Assembly (NCBI RefSeq): GCF_006345805.1
Contig: NC_043006.1
Location: 86,118,001 to 86,182,000 of the forward strand
Reading direction: 5' to 3'
DNA: 64,000 nucleotides
From: Octopus sinensis
Lineage: Eukaryota
Part shown: positions 62,061 to 64,000 of the stretch, piece by piece
Layout: each line of letters opens with the position of its first letter
Numbering within the stretch: position 1 is the first letter of the stretch
Program-made: the position numbers and the translations under genes
Notes under the pieces: model-generated
The model's input: only the letters and a program-made list of their open reading frames with translations
The model's database searches: none
What the model was told of the DNA's origin: nothing

Positions 62061-62849
62061 ATATATACAAAAAGCAATAAAGATTCAAGTTAATTTAAAT
62101 GAATTTACTTGAATATGGTACCTAACTTAGATGCACCAAAAAAAAAACTATACTGTTTTAACAATACAGTAATGTGGGGTGATTATAAGCGAGAAAGAAG
62201 CAACAAGAATGGATGGTTTTTAGTACAATCGTTTCATACAAGGACAGGCTTTATTAAAAGTTGCAAAAATTACAGCATATAAACGTGTCCCGTACTCATC
62301 AGCTAAAATACATGTGAGTTCTCTAGACATCCTAGTGGTTGAGGCTATACTCATGAAGTAATGTAGATAATTAAGTAACATAAACAGATTTCCAAAGTTC
62401 ATTAAAGTTCTTTAAAGATGATGTACAGTCTTATCACAGAATTTTAAAAAAGTTTTAATAGCATCACAGAGAAGGTGACCTAATCCATAGTGCACATATG
62501 AATTTCCAGAGATATGATGAGGGATTACATACTCACAGAAGACAAATTTATCCATTGTTAATCACAACGAGGTGGGTCTCAATTCCTGCTTATTAGCATT
62601 ACAGAGAGGGTGAATTAATCCTTTGTATAGATGCACAATTTCCAATGGTGTAGATGTAAATTTCCAGAGAAATGAAGAGGAATTTCATATTCACAGGCGA
62701 TAAATTTATCAATGGTTGAACACAATGAGGTAGGTATCAATTCTTGTTATATGATTAGGTATTTGCCACATTAATCACATTACTGCTATTTACAAGAGGC
62801 TGTAGCTATTTAACTTTTAAAGGCTGAAGGGCTTTCTAGAGAGGCAAAG

Positions 62850-63046
62850 AATAGAAAAGGGAAGGGAATAGAAGAAAAGAGAGAAAATAAGGAGGAGGGA
62901 GCAAAAAAGGGGGGGAAGGGGACTAAAAGAGAGAGAAAAGGAAAAAGAGAATAAGAAGAAGAAAAAGAAAAAAGAGAAAAGAGAAGAAATAGGGAAAGAA
63001 GGAAAAAAGAAAAAAAAAAGAAAAAAGAAAAAGAAAAAAAAGAGGG
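62850..63046 (+). repeat. Polypurine (A/G) tract
   Basis: About 200 bp almost entirely A/G. Confidence 0.8.
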
Positions 63047-64000
63047 TTCTAGTTATACAGAAGAATTAGTAGACGGCAAGTCTGGTTTTAATTACAGGCA
63101 TCTAGGAACTAGAGGAGAATATTATTCTTGACCAGTAAAACAGCTAATTTATTGCTGTTGAAATCAGCTATGAATTTAAAGAGAATCTAAAGAGATAACA
63201 CAGTCAGGGGTTTAGGGGTCTGATGCTAAAATCAAAAGAAAATACATTAGGAAAATCTAAGTATAATCTTATCAAAAAGTCATTAAAATTTACTTATTTA
63301 ATTTATTCAATTTATTGTCTTAAGGAGTTGCCGTTATTATTCATACATTGACGGACTACAGGTCAAATCTTAGAAGATCATTTACAAGGTGTTAGGGGAT
63401 TGTCTATCATAATGAAGATAATCATATTATCACCGAGGGGGTAGCCTTATTTATTTAATTTTGAAATAGAATTATGGGGCTATAGTAACTCATTTTATTT
63501 TATTAGAGTTATGCTACTTAAATTAGATTAAGTTAGGAATTAAAATTAAAAATTACAATTAAGATTTAAAATTAAGAATTTAAAAATTATGAGTTTGAAA
63601 TTAAATAAAGCCTCAATTAAGCAGCGTATAAGTACTATTCATTTCCCTGTTCTCAAAAAACTGATGCAGATATAAGGAAAAAGATAACTGTAGTGTGAGA
63701 ACTCTTAGTTATCTACTTAAAGCAGTGCTATACTAGTAGAAATCAAGTTATATCTATCTATCTAGTTACGAATATTCTAATCATTTAAAATATTTTAAAG
63801 TCTTCAATTTAGCGTGGACACAAACTTGACCTAGTTCGATATGGTTATTCAATAAGTTTCTATGTTTTCTATGCTTTAGAATTTCATACGTCTCCATGGA
63901 GCATAGTTGGCAACCAACCCTACTATTTTTATACGGAATTGCTCTCCTAACTATTTCCCAGTTAAGGTTATAATTTTTATTATTATTTTTGAGTTCCCAG

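Noticed and set aside
63060-64000. Mitochondrial insertion (NUMT) or Tx1/L1 relic
   Set aside because: No mitochondrial protein or RNA motif recognised; only a short IDGL-like peptide among many stops.

Overview
AT-rich, microsatellite-dense animal genomic DNA, most likely an octopus (inferred from the SINE, RTE and Penelope repertoire). One host gene is recognisable: a PTPDC1-like dual-specificity phosphatase on the minus strand. I could reconstruct nine GT-AG exons in continuous frame (36281 to 5527), including a 22-nt microexon and the intact HCHAGLGR catalytic motif; the 3' exons were not found. The rest is mostly mobile DNA: mariner (DD34D) and maT (DD37D) relics, a near-intact RTE LINE, CR1-like relics, several tRNA-derived SINE families, non-autonomous Helitrons, a DINE/HINE element and Penelope-like pieces. 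The most unusual signal is a set of foldback (inverted-repeat) elements, most anchored at (TA)n tracts. Three of them, from unrelated families, carry outward-facing minimal hammerhead-ribozyme motifs. One has a G3:C8 compensatory core, and another is fused to a tRNA-like Pol III head directly after a Penelope GIY-YIG endonuclease. All folds and homologies were read by eye; no search or folding program was run.
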